Source of the DNA: a bacterium
GTDB lineage: Bacteria; Sysuimicrobiota; Sysuimicrobiia; Sysuimicrobiales; Segetimicrobiaceae
Assembly (NCBI GenBank): GCA_035934535.1
Contig: DASYXS010000020.1
Location: forward strand, 357-64,356
Length of the DNA: 64,000 nucleotides
Direction of reading: 5' to 3'
Shown: in pieces, positions 37,029-45,183 of the stretch
How positions within the stretch are numbered: position 1 is the first letter of the stretch
Layout: the number at the start of each line of letters is the position of its first letter
Made by a program: the position numbers and the translations under genes
Notes under the pieces: model-generated
What the model was told of the DNA's origin: nothing
Databases searched by the model: none
Seen by the model: the letters and a program-made list of their open reading frames with translations, nothing else

Positions 37029-37760
37029 CTAGCTATGCGCGTAGCCGCCGCTTCCGAGGTAGGCGCGAATCACTTCGGGGTGCGCCGCGATCTCTTTCGG
37101 ACTCCCCTCGGCGATCTTCTGTCCGTGGTCCAGCACGACGATGTGCTGCGCGAGCGCCATGATCGCGCGCATCACGTGCTCGACGATCACGATCGTCAGT
37201 CCCCGCCGGGCGAGCTGGCGCACCAGGCCGACGGCCTGGTCGATCTCGGTATGATTCAGCCCTGCCATCGCCTCGTCGAGCAGCAGGATCCGGGGCTCGG
37301 TCGCAAGGGCCCGGGCCACCTCCAGCCGCCGCTGGTCGATGGTCGGAAGGTCGCGCGCCAGACCGGCCTCTTTGGCCGTGAGCCCGACGAACTCGATCGC
37401 ACGGCGCGCGCGCTCCCGGGCCGCCGCCACCCGCCTGTCGCGCAGCAGCGCCCCGGTCATGACGTTCGCGAGCACCGTCATCCGGCCGAACGGACGGGCC
37501 ACCTGGAAGGTGCGCGCCAAGCCGCGGGCGCAGACGTCGTACGGATACAAACCGACGAGTTCGTGACCGTAGGCGAGCGCCGAGCCCGCGTCCGGGCGGT
37601 AATACCCGGTGATGAGGTTGAAGCTGGTGGTCTTCCCCGCCCCGTTGGGCCCGATGAGCGCCACGGTTTGTCCTTCCTCCACCGCAAACGAGAGGTTGTG
37701 GACGGCGCGGAGCCCTCCGAACCGCTTGCTGAGCCCGCGGACCACCAGCGCCTCAGCCAT
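37029..37760 (-). CDS. livG: Branched-chain amino acid ABC transporter ATP-binding protein (LivG type)
   Basis: 243 aa. FGGLRAVHNLSF start, Walker A GPNGAGKTT, LLLDEAMAGLN. Confidence 0.85.
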   Translation of the reverse strand: MAEALVVRGLSKRFGGLRAVHNLSFAVEEGQTVALIGPNGAGKTTSFNLITGYYRPDAGSALAYGHELVGLYPYDVCARGLARTFQVARPFGRMTVLANVMTGALLRDRRVAAARERARRAIEFVGLTAKEAGLARDLPTIDQRRLEVARALATEPRILLLDEAMAGLNHTEIDQAVGLVRQLARRGLTIVIVEHVMRAIMALAQHIVVLDHGQKIAEGSPKEIAAHPEVIRAYLGSGGYAHS

Positions 37761-38733
37761 CGAGCGGCACTCCCTTCCGCAGCGCGCCCCCCGCGGGCGA
37801 AGCCGGCGGGCGCGCCGGGCCGATGATCCGCGCGTAGACCTCCGTGACGGCGCCCAGGAGTCCGGTCGGCCGCCAGAGGATGACCGCGATCAGGATCACC
37901 GAGTACAGCGCCAGCTGCACGCCCGCGTGGGCGCCGCCGCCGAGCCAGCTTTGGAGCAGCGCGGAGGCAGGCTCCAGGAGCGCCGAGCCGAGGACCGGTC
38001 CCCACGGGGTGCCGATGCCGCCCACGATGGACACCAGCGCCGCCTCCACCGAGACGTTGAAGCTGAACGCGGTGTTCGGATCGATGAAGTAGATGTACTG
38101 CACGTAAAACGTCCCCGCCAGCCCGGTCAGGAACGCGCTGACCAGGTAGATATCGCGTTTGATCCGCGGGACGTTGACGCCGACGGCTTCGGCCGCGTGC
38201 TGGTCCTCACCCACGGCCACCAGGTAGTACCCCAGCCATGATCGCTCGACCCAATAGGTGACCGCCAGTCCGGCCGCGAGCAGGCCGAGCGCGAGATAAT
38301 AGTAGGCGGCCTTGCCGGCGAACTGCATCATCAACGGCGAATTGCCGAGATTGGGGATCGTGGTGCCGACCGCGCCCCACGCGAAATCGCGAAACTTCAG
38401 AAAGAGCAGCATCAACGCCTGCGCCGTGCCGATAGTGGCGATCGCGAAGTAGGGGCCGCGCAGCCGGAAGCACAACGCGCCGATCGGCAGGCTGGCCAGC
38501 GCGGCCACGACGCCCCCCGCGATCATGCCGATCCAGGGGGAGATGCCGGCGCGGATCAACAGCAGCGTCGACGTATAGGCGCCGAGCCCGAAGTACGCCG
38601 CGTGGCCCAATGACAGCTGCTGGGCGTACCCGCCCAAAAGATTCCAGGCCGCCCCGATGAACGCGAACAGAAACACCCGGATGCAGATGTCCAGGGCGAA
38701 GGCGTTCGAGACCGCCAGCGGCAGCGCGACCAC
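37753..38733 (-). CDS. livM: Branched-chain amino acid ABC transporter permease (LivM type), start uncertain
   Basis: Track ORF 37753..39429 is an over-extension through livH. The permease body has NLLGGYAQQLSLGHAAYFGLGAY. The first canonical start after the livH stop is GTG 38733; CTG 38766 or an ATA overlapping the livH TAG are alternatives. Confidence 0.8.
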   Translation of the reverse strand: MVALPLAVSNAFALDICIRVFLFAFIGAAWNLLGGYAQQLSLGHAAYFGLGAYTSTLLLIRAGISPWIGMIAGGVVAALASLPIGALCFRLRGPYFAIATIGTAQALMLLFLKFRDFAWGAVGTTIPNLGNSPLMMQFAGKAAYYYLALGLLAAGLAVTYWVERSWLGYYLVAVGEDQHAAEAVGVNVPRIKRDIYLVSAFLTGLAGTFYVQYIYFIDPNTAFSFNVSVEAALVSIVGGIGTPWGPVLGSALLEPASALLQSWLGGGAHAGVQLALYSVILIAVILWRPTGLLGAVTEVYARIIGPARPPASPAGGALRKGVPLDG

Positions 38734-38783
38734 GGCCAGCGCCGCGGCCAGCGCCAGCGCCTGCAGACCGCGCGGTCCCGGTG

Positions 38784-39653
38784 CTATCGTGTTTGCCCGC
38801 CGTAAAGGCCGCCCGGGCGGACGGCCAGCGTGACCAGCAGCATGGCGAAGACCACGATCAGGCCCGAGTCTGCGCCGACGAACTGGACGCCGAGAGACTC
38901 CGCCATCCCCATCATCAGCCCCGCGATCAACGCTCCCCGGACGTTTCCGAGCGTGCCCAGCACGACGGCAACGAACGCGAACAGTACAAACTGCTGCCCG
39001 ACGGTGGGATAGGCGGGGTAGAACGGCATCAACAGCGAGCCCGCGGCGCCGGCCAGGGCGAGCGCCAGGCCTACCGCGACCGAGAAGACCCGGTCGGGGT
39101 TGACGCCCATCAGCATCGCCACGTCCCGGTTCTGCGCCGCCGCCCGCATCGCCTTGCCGAGATCGGTCGTCCGGAGGAAGATCTCGAGGGCGGCGCTCAA
39201 CAGCATCGCGACGGCGAACGCGATCACGCGGGGGACGCTGAGGTACAGCGGCCCCAGGCGCAGGGACGCGAACGTGTAGCCCGTCTGCACGGTCCGGTAG
39301 TCGGCGGTGAACAGCAGCAGCGCCACGTTCATGAGGAGCAGCGAGATCGCAAAGGTCAGGAAGATCTGCGGCATGTCCCCGAGGCCCAGCACCCGCCGGA
39401 GCAGGAACTTCTGGAAGAACACGCCGCACACGAACAGCGCCGGCATCGAGACGGCGAGCGACGCCAGCGGGTCGAGCCGGATGAGCGTCGCCAGCCAGTA
39501 GCTGATGTACATGCCGATCATCACGAACTCGCCCTGGGCGAAGTTGACGATCTTGACTACGCCGAAGATCAGCGTGACCCCGATACTGACGAGCGCGTAG
39601 ATGCCGCCGATCAGCAGGCCGTTGACGACCGCCTGGGCGACGACAGCCGTCAT
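38784..39653 (-). CDS. livH: Branched-chain amino acid ABC transporter permease (LivH type)
   Basis: 289 aa. QAVVNGLLIGGIYALVSIGVTLIFGVVKIVNFAQGEF is the typical LivH N-terminus. Confidence 0.9.
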   Translation of the reverse strand: MTAVVAQAVVNGLLIGGIYALVSIGVTLIFGVVKIVNFAQGEFVMIGMYISYWLATLIRLDPLASLAVSMPALFVCGVFFQKFLLRRVLGLGDMPQIFLTFAISLLLMNVALLLFTADYRTVQTGYTFASLRLGPLYLSVPRVIAFAVAMLLSAALEIFLRTTDLGKAMRAAAQNRDVAMLMGVNPDRVFSVAVGLALALAGAAGSLLMPFYPAYPTVGQQFVLFAFVAVVLGTLGNVRGALIAGLMMGMAESLGVQFVGADSGLIVVFAMLLVTLAVRPGGLYGGQTR

Positions 39654-39669
39654 GGCCGGTTCGCCGCGG

Positions 39670-40908
39670 CTACTTCATCAAGGGAGCGCGGGCGTCGGCC
39701 TTCGGAAACACGGCCACGAGGTCGCCGTGCTGCCACTGCACGCCGACCGGATGCGCGTAGATGTTCTTGCCGGTTTGATCGAACTTCACCTTGCCGCCGG
39801 GACACATCGCCGCGTAGCCGGCGGAGACGTCGAGGGACGCCAGGGCGTCGCGCACCTTCACCGGGTCCGGGGACGCCGCCCGCTCGAGCGCGTTCGCGAT
39901 CATGAACGTCTGGGCCACCAGGCCGCCGGCGTACTCGAAGATGAACTCGCCGTACGCCTTTTGATAGGCGTCGTTGACGCGCCGCGCGTCCGCGTCGATG
40001 TCGTGGTTCCAGTGCGCCACGCCGAGCAGCCCCTCCGCGTCCTTCCCGACCCCCTTGTAGAACTCGGGCTGCACGAACCCGCCCGACCCTCCGTTGATCG
40101 GAATGTTGACGCCCATCTGCTTCATCGTGCGCACGATGAGGATCAGGTCGTTCAGATACGAGACGGCGACGAGCATCCCCGCGCCGGAGGCCCGCACCTT
40201 GTTCACGAGCGGCGTGGCGTCGGTGAAGCCGGCCGAGTACGGCTCGAACATGATGATCTCCACGCCTTCGCCGGCGGCCTGATCCTGGAGCCCCTTCGAG
40301 GTCGCGGTGCCGAAGGCCGTGTTCTCAAACACGACCGCCACCTTGGGCTTGCCGCTCACCAGTTTGGACATCTGGAGAATCGCCTTCGCAAACTGCGATG
40401 CGCGCGCAAAGGGCGTGAAGGTGAACCGGCGGCCGCCTTGATTGAGCTGGTCCGTGCTGGACCCGGTCAGCAGCGGCACCTGGTGCCGTTCGGCCACTTC
40501 GCTGGCGATCAGGGTCAAGGCACTCGCGTAGCAGCCGTGAATCGCGGAGAGCCGGTTGCTGGTGATCAGCCGCTCCGTCTCGGTCCGGGTGACGGTGGGG
40601 TCGCTTTGGATATCCGACGTGATAAGGTTGAGTTTGGCGCCGCCGAGCGCCCGAATGCCGCCTCTGTCGTTGACCATCCGGACGGCGAGTCTGGCGGCGT
40701 TGACGATGCCCTGGCCGATCTGCGCCAGGCCGCCGGTCACGGGATACAGACCCCCAATGTTAATGGTGGGCGCCGTCGCCGCGGAGAGACGGGCAATGCC
40801 CCCGTACGCGGAAAGCGCGCCGGCGGTGACCGCGCTGCGTGCGGCCGTCGCGAGCAGACCTCGCCGGGTATAGCGTCGTGACAACGACGTGCCGCGCGGT
40901 TTCGCCAC
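39670..40908 (-). CDS. Branched-chain amino acid ABC transporter substrate-binding protein, Tat-like signal
   Basis: Trimmed to GTG 40908, 7 nt after GGAGG. SRRYTRRGLLATAA twin-arginine-like signal and a periplasmic binding-protein type I body (GLYPVTGGLAQIG). Confidence 0.9.
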   Translation of the reverse strand: MAKPRGTSLSRRYTRRGLLATAARSAVTAGALSAYGGIARLSAATAPTINIGGLYPVTGGLAQIGQGIVNAARLAVRMVNDRGGIRALGGAKLNLITSDIQSDPTVTRTETERLITSNRLSAIHGCYASALTLIASEVAERHQVPLLTGSSTDQLNQGGRRFTFTPFARASQFAKAILQMSKLVSGKPKVAVVFENTAFGTATSKGLQDQAAGEGVEIIMFEPYSAGFTDATPLVNKVRASGAGMLVAVSYLNDLILIVRTMKQMGVNIPINGGSGGFVQPEFYKGVGKDAEGLLGVAHWNHDIDADARRVNDAYQKAYGEFIFEYAGGLVAQTFMIANALERAASPDPVKVRDALASLDVSAGYAAMCPGGKVKFDQTGKNIYAHPVGVQWQHGDLVAVFPKADARAPLMK

Positions 40909-40957
40909 TTTGGGACCTCCTTGGTTGCAGCTCGTGCCCAGGCCCTTGACAGTCGGC

Positions 40958-40987
40958 ATTATAATTGTCGACAATAGACGATGTCAA
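40958..40987 (-). promoter_or_regulatory. Sigma70-type promoter for the liv operon
   Basis: The reverse strand reads TTGACA, 18 nt, TATAAT (both hexamers perfect), about 45 nt upstream of the binding-protein GTG. The -35 lies on codons 1-3 of the divergent gntR-type gene. Confidence 0.6.
40964..40975. promoter_or_regulatory. 12-bp palindrome, probable GntR-family operator
   Basis: ATTGTCGACAAT (perfect) inside the promoter spacer. It fits the GT-N-AC core pattern known for GntR/FadR-type operators. Confidence 0.5.
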
Positions 40988-41721
40988 GCGATTCACCAAT
41001 TCGACGCATGGGGACTGTGTTGGAAACTCCGATTCAGCGTGAAATCCTTCGCGATAAGATCTTTGACGTTCTCAAGACTTGGATCCTAAACGGCACGCTC
41101 GCGCCGGGCGAGCGGATCGTCGAATCGAGCGTGGCAAGGCAGCTGCAGGTGAGCCGGGCGCCGCTGCGCGAGGCGCTGTGGCTTCTCGCGAACGTCGGGC
41201 TCGTGCGGTTCAGGCCGCATCAAGGGGCGTTCGTCGCCACGCTGTCCGAGCAAGACGTCAAGGAGATTTTCGAAATTCGCGAGACCCTGGAAACCCACGC
41301 CGCGAAGAAGGTGCGCGCCGCGCTCACGCGCGAAAACGAGAACCGCCTCGAGGGCGCGCTCCGCGCTCTGGAAAATGCCGCCCGCGACCGCGACGTAACG
41401 CGCTGCACCAACGCGGACCTGGATTTTCACCGGACGCTCTGCGAGCTTTCCGGCAACCGGCATCTCACAGAGATCCTCAACGACGTCTCAACCCGATTCT
41501 TCGCCTACGAACTGATTCGGGATCTGCGCAACCCGGGCGGCTACCAGTTCGAGGAGAAGGTCGCCGAGCACCGCGAGCTGCTTCGCCTCATTTTCACGGG
41601 CACGGATCGGGAAATCGAAACGGGGTTCCGGGAGCTCTTCGCCCGCTTCCTCGGCCACGTCCTCACGCGCTTCCGGGCGAACGAAGGCGTCACGCCGGCC
41701 GTTACGCGCGGCGCAGGGTGA
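40981..41721 (+). CDS. GntR family transcriptional regulator (FadR/FCD subfamily)
   Basis: 246 aa. The HTH block ERIVESSVARQLQVSRAPLREALWLLANVGLV is followed by an all-helical FCD-like domain (EIRETLETHAA...DLDFHRTLCELSGN). Confidence 0.9.
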   Translation: MSSDSPIRRMGTVLETPIQREILRDKIFDVLKTWILNGTLAPGERIVESSVARQLQVSRAPLREALWLLANVGLVRFRPHQGAFVATLSEQDVKEIFEIRETLETHAAKKVRAALTRENENRLEGALRALENAARDRDVTRCTNADLDFHRTLCELSGNRHLTEILNDVSTRFFAYELIRDLRNPGGYQFEEKVAEHRELLRLIFTGTDREIETGFRELFARFLGHVLTRFRANEGVTPAVTRGAG

Positions 41722-41935
41722 TATAGCCGACCACGAGCACCAGCACCCCGACGAGAACAACCGCCGTCGGGGCGTCGACCGATGCCGGGGTGGGCCAGGT
41801 GTTGGGGACGACCCGATACATCGAGCCGGCCACCGAGCCGACTGCGCGCGACAGCGCATCCTGCAGTCCGCGTGCAGTCGGGACGGTCATCTGCGAAACC
41901 GTGCTGAACGAGTTCAGGACGTACTCCAATGTCAC
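41702..41935 (-). CDS. Small tail-anchored membrane protein
   Basis: 77 aa, GTG start after GAAGGGAGG, with one C-terminal TM (TAVVLVGVLVLVVGYI). Directly downstream of the cupredoxin-like gene. Confidence 0.5.
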   Translation of the reverse strand: MTLEYVLNSFSTVSQMTVPTARGLQDALSRAVGSVAGSMYRVVPNTWPTPASVDAPTAVVLVGVLVLVVGYITLRRA

Positions 41936-41998
41936 GGCCTCCCTTCTGGTGCCGTCTTCATCGCCCGCCGGTCGCCGGACCGTCCGCTGAGCCGCCGG

Positions 41999-42436
41999 TT
42001 AGGGTCTGTATCCGGCAGGCCACACGATAAACGTACCGACCTGGCCGAGCGACGCGTGATTGTACTGCTCGCACAAGAAGTTGAACTGTCCGGGCGTCTG
42101 CGGCACGAACGTCACGTCGGCGGTCTTGCCGTTATCGACCAGGACGTATTTCCAGCCGTCGCCTTTCGCCACGCCTTGTTGCGCGTCGCCGGTCACGGTG
42201 TAGTTCAGGCTTTGAAAGAACGGGGACGCGATGCTGTGCACCCGGCCCGGATGGGTCTTGTCGTCGTTGGTGACTCGTAGCGTGATTCGATCGCCGACGT
42301 TCATCGTGACGACGCTGGGGTCGTACTTGAACGATACCATCGAGATGTTGATGGTTCGAGCCGGCGGGGTCTGTGCCGATGTCACGAAGCTGGAGCCAGT
42401 CAGCAGCGTCGCCGCGAGAACCGTTGCCGCCGTCAA
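41999..42436 (-). CDS. Secreted cupredoxin-like protein
   Basis: Signal peptide ending SAQ, a beta-sandwich pattern (TMNVGDRITLRVTNDD) and candidate ligands H..(HSIASP) and C-x4-H-x4-Q (FLCEQYNHASLGQ). The start may be a CTG at 42448, 6 nt after GGGGAGGG. Confidence 0.65.
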   Translation of the reverse strand: MTAATVLAATLLTGSSFVTSAQTPPARTINISMVSFKYDPSVVTMNVGDRITLRVTNDDKTHPGRVHSIASPFFQSLNYTVTGDAQQGVAKGDGWKYVLVDNGKTADVTFVPQTPGQFNFLCEQYNHASLGQVGTFIVWPAGYRP

Positions 42437-42534
42437 CCGGATTGTCAGGCGAATCCCTCCCCTGTCGCGTCGCTGGCCTGATCATAGCACCATCCGGAGA
42501 GGAATCCAGTGCGCACCTCGAAAAGTGGCGGCGC

Positions 42535-44439
42535 ATGAGTGATCGGACCCCGGCACCCTCGGCCGTCGAGCCGGTTGAGGATCTCCTACGCCGCGTGCCG
42601 TTTTTTCGGGATCTCGACCGCATTGAGGCTGCCCGGCTGGTCGGCGCGCTGGAAAAGGCTTACTTTACCGCCGGCACGCTGATCTTCTCCGAAGGCGCGG
42701 AGGCCGACTCACTGTTCTTGCTCGAGGCCGGCAAGGTTCAGGTTTCCGTCGCGGCCGAAGGCGGCGAGCGGTCCGTGGCGGTTCTCGAGGCCCCTGGATA
42801 CTTCGGCGAACTCGGCCTGCTCCTCGCGCGTCGCACCGGCTCCGTGCGTGCGCTGACCGACGTTGAGACATGGACGCTCCCTCGCCACCGGTTCAACCAG
42901 GTGGTCCGCGAGCGCGGGGCCGTAGGCGTGGCCGTGGCCGCGTCTCTGGCCCGGTTGATCGAAGACCGTTCCCGCGAGCACGCGGGGGGCACGGCCGTGG
43001 CGCGGGCACCGGCCGCCCCCGCGGCGGCGCCGGAAGCGGCATGGCCCCGCCCGTGGCGCATCGCCGCGGCCGCGGCGCCCGTACTCCTGCCCCTCGCCTT
43101 GTGGCTGGTCCCGCCCCCGGCCGGCCTGACCACTCGCGGGTGGCACGTCGGACTCATCGTCCTCGGGGCGGCGCTCGGTTGGCTGCTCCAACCGGTGCCC
43201 GATTTCGTGATCGGCCTGGCGATGACGACGGCCTGGGGACTGACCGGACTCGTCCCCATCACGCTCGCGTTTGCCGGATTTGCCAGCCCGACATGGGTCC
43301 TCGCGTTCGGGGCGATCGGCCTCGCCGCCGCCATGGCGCGCTCGGGGCTCCTGTTCAGGTTCGCACTCCTGCTCCTCAGAACCTTACCGGCCACGCACAC
43401 CGGTCAACTCTTCGCGCTGTTGATCGGCGGCGTATTGACGACCCCGCTGGTACCCGCGGTGAACGCCCGGATTTCTTCCGCAAGCGGGCTCGCGCGCGAA
43501 GTGGCGCAGGCCCTGGGATACGGTGAGCGGAGCCGCGCGAGCGCCGGCCTCGCGTTTGCGGGATTCATCGGCAATTCGACCTTCAGCAGCGTCTTTCTCA
43601 CGGGGCTGGCGACCAACTTCTTTCTGCTCGGCCTCCTGCCGGCGGCCGAGCGGGCGCGCGCCGACTGGCTCTCGTGGCTTGCGGACGCCGCCCCGGTCGG
43701 GCTCCTGGTATTTGTCGGGGCGCTGGCGGCCCTGCTGTTCTTCTTTCGCCCCGAGCGCGCCTCAACGATCGCACCGGAGGCATTGCGGCGGCAGCGGCGA
43801 GTCTTGGGGGCGCTTTCGAAACACGAGATCGTGACGATCGTGGCAGTCGCCGTCTTCCTCGCCGGGATGCTGCTCGAGCCGGTGCTCCGCATCGACCCGG
43901 CCTGGCTGGCGACGACCGCGCTCGTCATCGTCCTGGCCGGTGGCGTCCTCGATTCGGCGACCTTTCGCAGCGGGATACAGTGGGGATTTCTCATCCTCTT
44001 CGGGCTCCTGGTCGGTTCCGGGGCGGTATTCCGCACCGTCGGGATCGACCGGTGGATCGCGCGGGAGCTGGCGCCGCTCGTGTACCTCGCGGGACAACCG
44101 GCCGTCCTGGTGGCGGTGCTCGGCGCGCTCATCGCGGCCTGCCGCTTGGTGCTGCCCCGCGTCCCGGCAAATTTTCTGCTGATCCTGGCCTTGCTGCCGG
44201 TCGCCCCGCAGTTGCGGCTCTCCCCTTGGCTCGTCGGTTTCATCGTGCTCACGGTGGGCAACACGTGGCTGTTCCCCGGCCTCAGCGATTTCTACATCGT
44301 GATGAGGGAGAACACCAGAGGCGAGATGTTTACCGACCGCGACGGGCTCCGGGTCGGCGTGCTGGTGACGATGTTGGTCTTGATGGCAATTACGGCCGCT
44401 GTACCGTACTGGCGGGCGATCGGGCTGATCACCCGGTGA
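42535..44439 (+). CDS. Cyclic-nucleotide-binding domain fused to a DASS/SLC13-type anion transporter
   Basis: Starts at ATG 42535 within track ORF 42373..44439. The N-terminal cNMP-binding fold has FFRDLD, GYFGELGLLLARRTGSVRA. It is followed by ~480 aa of polytopic membrane domain resembling divalent anion:Na+ symporter/citrate-transporter-like permeases. Confidence 0.75.
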   Translation: MSDRTPAPSAVEPVEDLLRRVPFFRDLDRIEAARLVGALEKAYFTAGTLIFSEGAEADSLFLLEAGKVQVSVAAEGGERSVAVLEAPGYFGELGLLLARRTGSVRALTDVETWTLPRHRFNQVVRERGAVGVAVAASLARLIEDRSREHAGGTAVARAPAAPAAAPEAAWPRPWRIAAAAAPVLLPLALWLVPPPAGLTTRGWHVGLIVLGAALGWLLQPVPDFVIGLAMTTAWGLTGLVPITLAFAGFASPTWVLAFGAIGLAAAMARSGLLFRFALLLLRTLPATHTGQLFALLIGGVLTTPLVPAVNARISSASGLAREVAQALGYGERSRASAGLAFAGFIGNSTFSSVFLTGLATNFFLLGLLPAAERARADWLSWLADAAPVGLLVFVGALAALLFFFRPERASTIAPEALRRQRRVLGALSKHEIVTIVAVAVFLAGMLLEPVLRIDPAWLATTALVIVLAGGVLDSATFRSGIQWGFLILFGLLVGSGAVFRTVGIDRWIARELAPLVYLAGQPAVLVAVLGALIAACRLVLPRVPANFLLILALLPVAPQLRLSPWLVGFIVLTVGNTWLFPGLSDFYIVMRENTRGEMFTDRDGLRVGVLVTMLVLMAITAAVPYWRAIGLITR

Positions 44440-44469
44440 CACCGGACGAGGCCCGTTCGGGCCGGGGCG

Positions 44470-44994
44470 TCAGGCGGTGCGGTGGGCCGGCCGGCGCGCG
44501 GGGCGCACGCCGAACATCCTCTGCCACGGAACCCAGAACGCCTCCTTGGGCGGCGGTGGCACCGCCGGGCCAAGAAGATCTCTCCCGGTCATCAGCGAGA
44601 CCAAGGCGTCGCCGATCATCTCTTCGAGTACGGCGGATGCAGCCTCGTCAAATTCCTGATCGGTCGCGTAGGCGGCGCGTCGAATCCCGCTGTGCAGGTG
44701 CGCCGCGACGTCCCAACGCTCCTCCGTCAAGCGCGCGACGAGCGAGTAGGACGATCCGGCACGAATGCGGAATCGGGCGGGGCCGATCTTCCGGTGAAGC
44801 TGAAGCAGGATGGGCTGTTCGGTCGACGCCACGAACGCCTGGGCGACGTCGAAGCAATGGGCCGCGAGGCGTTCCACCCGCTCCTCGAGCTCTTGGAGCT
44901 TCGCTTCGCGCTGGGCCAAAAACCGAGCGCGCTCCTGGAGCTCGCTCTCCAGCTCCTCCACCCTCTTGCGGAGATGCTCACTTGCGACGCCCAC
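44470..44994 (-). CDS. Hypothetical protein with N-terminal coiled coil
   Basis: 174 aa, GTG start after GGGGGGA. The heptad-like RKRVEELESELQERARFLAQREAKLQELEERVERL has coding-like composition. No family recognised. Confidence 0.45.
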   Translation of the reverse strand: MGVASEHLRKRVEELESELQERARFLAQREAKLQELEERVERLAAHCFDVAQAFVASTEQPILLQLHRKIGPARFRIRAGSSYSLVARLTEERWDVAAHLHSGIRRAAYATDQEFDEAASAVLEEMIGDALVSLMTGRDLLGPAVPPPPKEAFWVPWQRMFGVRPARRPAHRTA

Positions 44995-45183
44995 CGGGTC
45001 CCCCCCGTATCGGCCTTGTCATGCGAGCATCAAACACTCTCTTACCGTCCAATCTTACACTACGGCGTCTCCTCGGGCAAGGATTTTTGACGCCTCCCCA
45101 GAAAATGACGGCAGGTTTGCCGGGGTGATGCGGCGCGTTCACCGCTCCTTGAGGGGGGACGGGGCACAGGGCCCTCTGGGTAT

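Noticed and set aside
40946-40965. Plus-strand TTGACA (40946-40951) and TATAAT (40960-40965) as the promoter of the gntR-type gene.
   Set aside because: The hexamers are only 8 nt apart, which is incompatible with sigma70 spacing. The same TATAAT belongs to a well-spaced minus-strand promoter.
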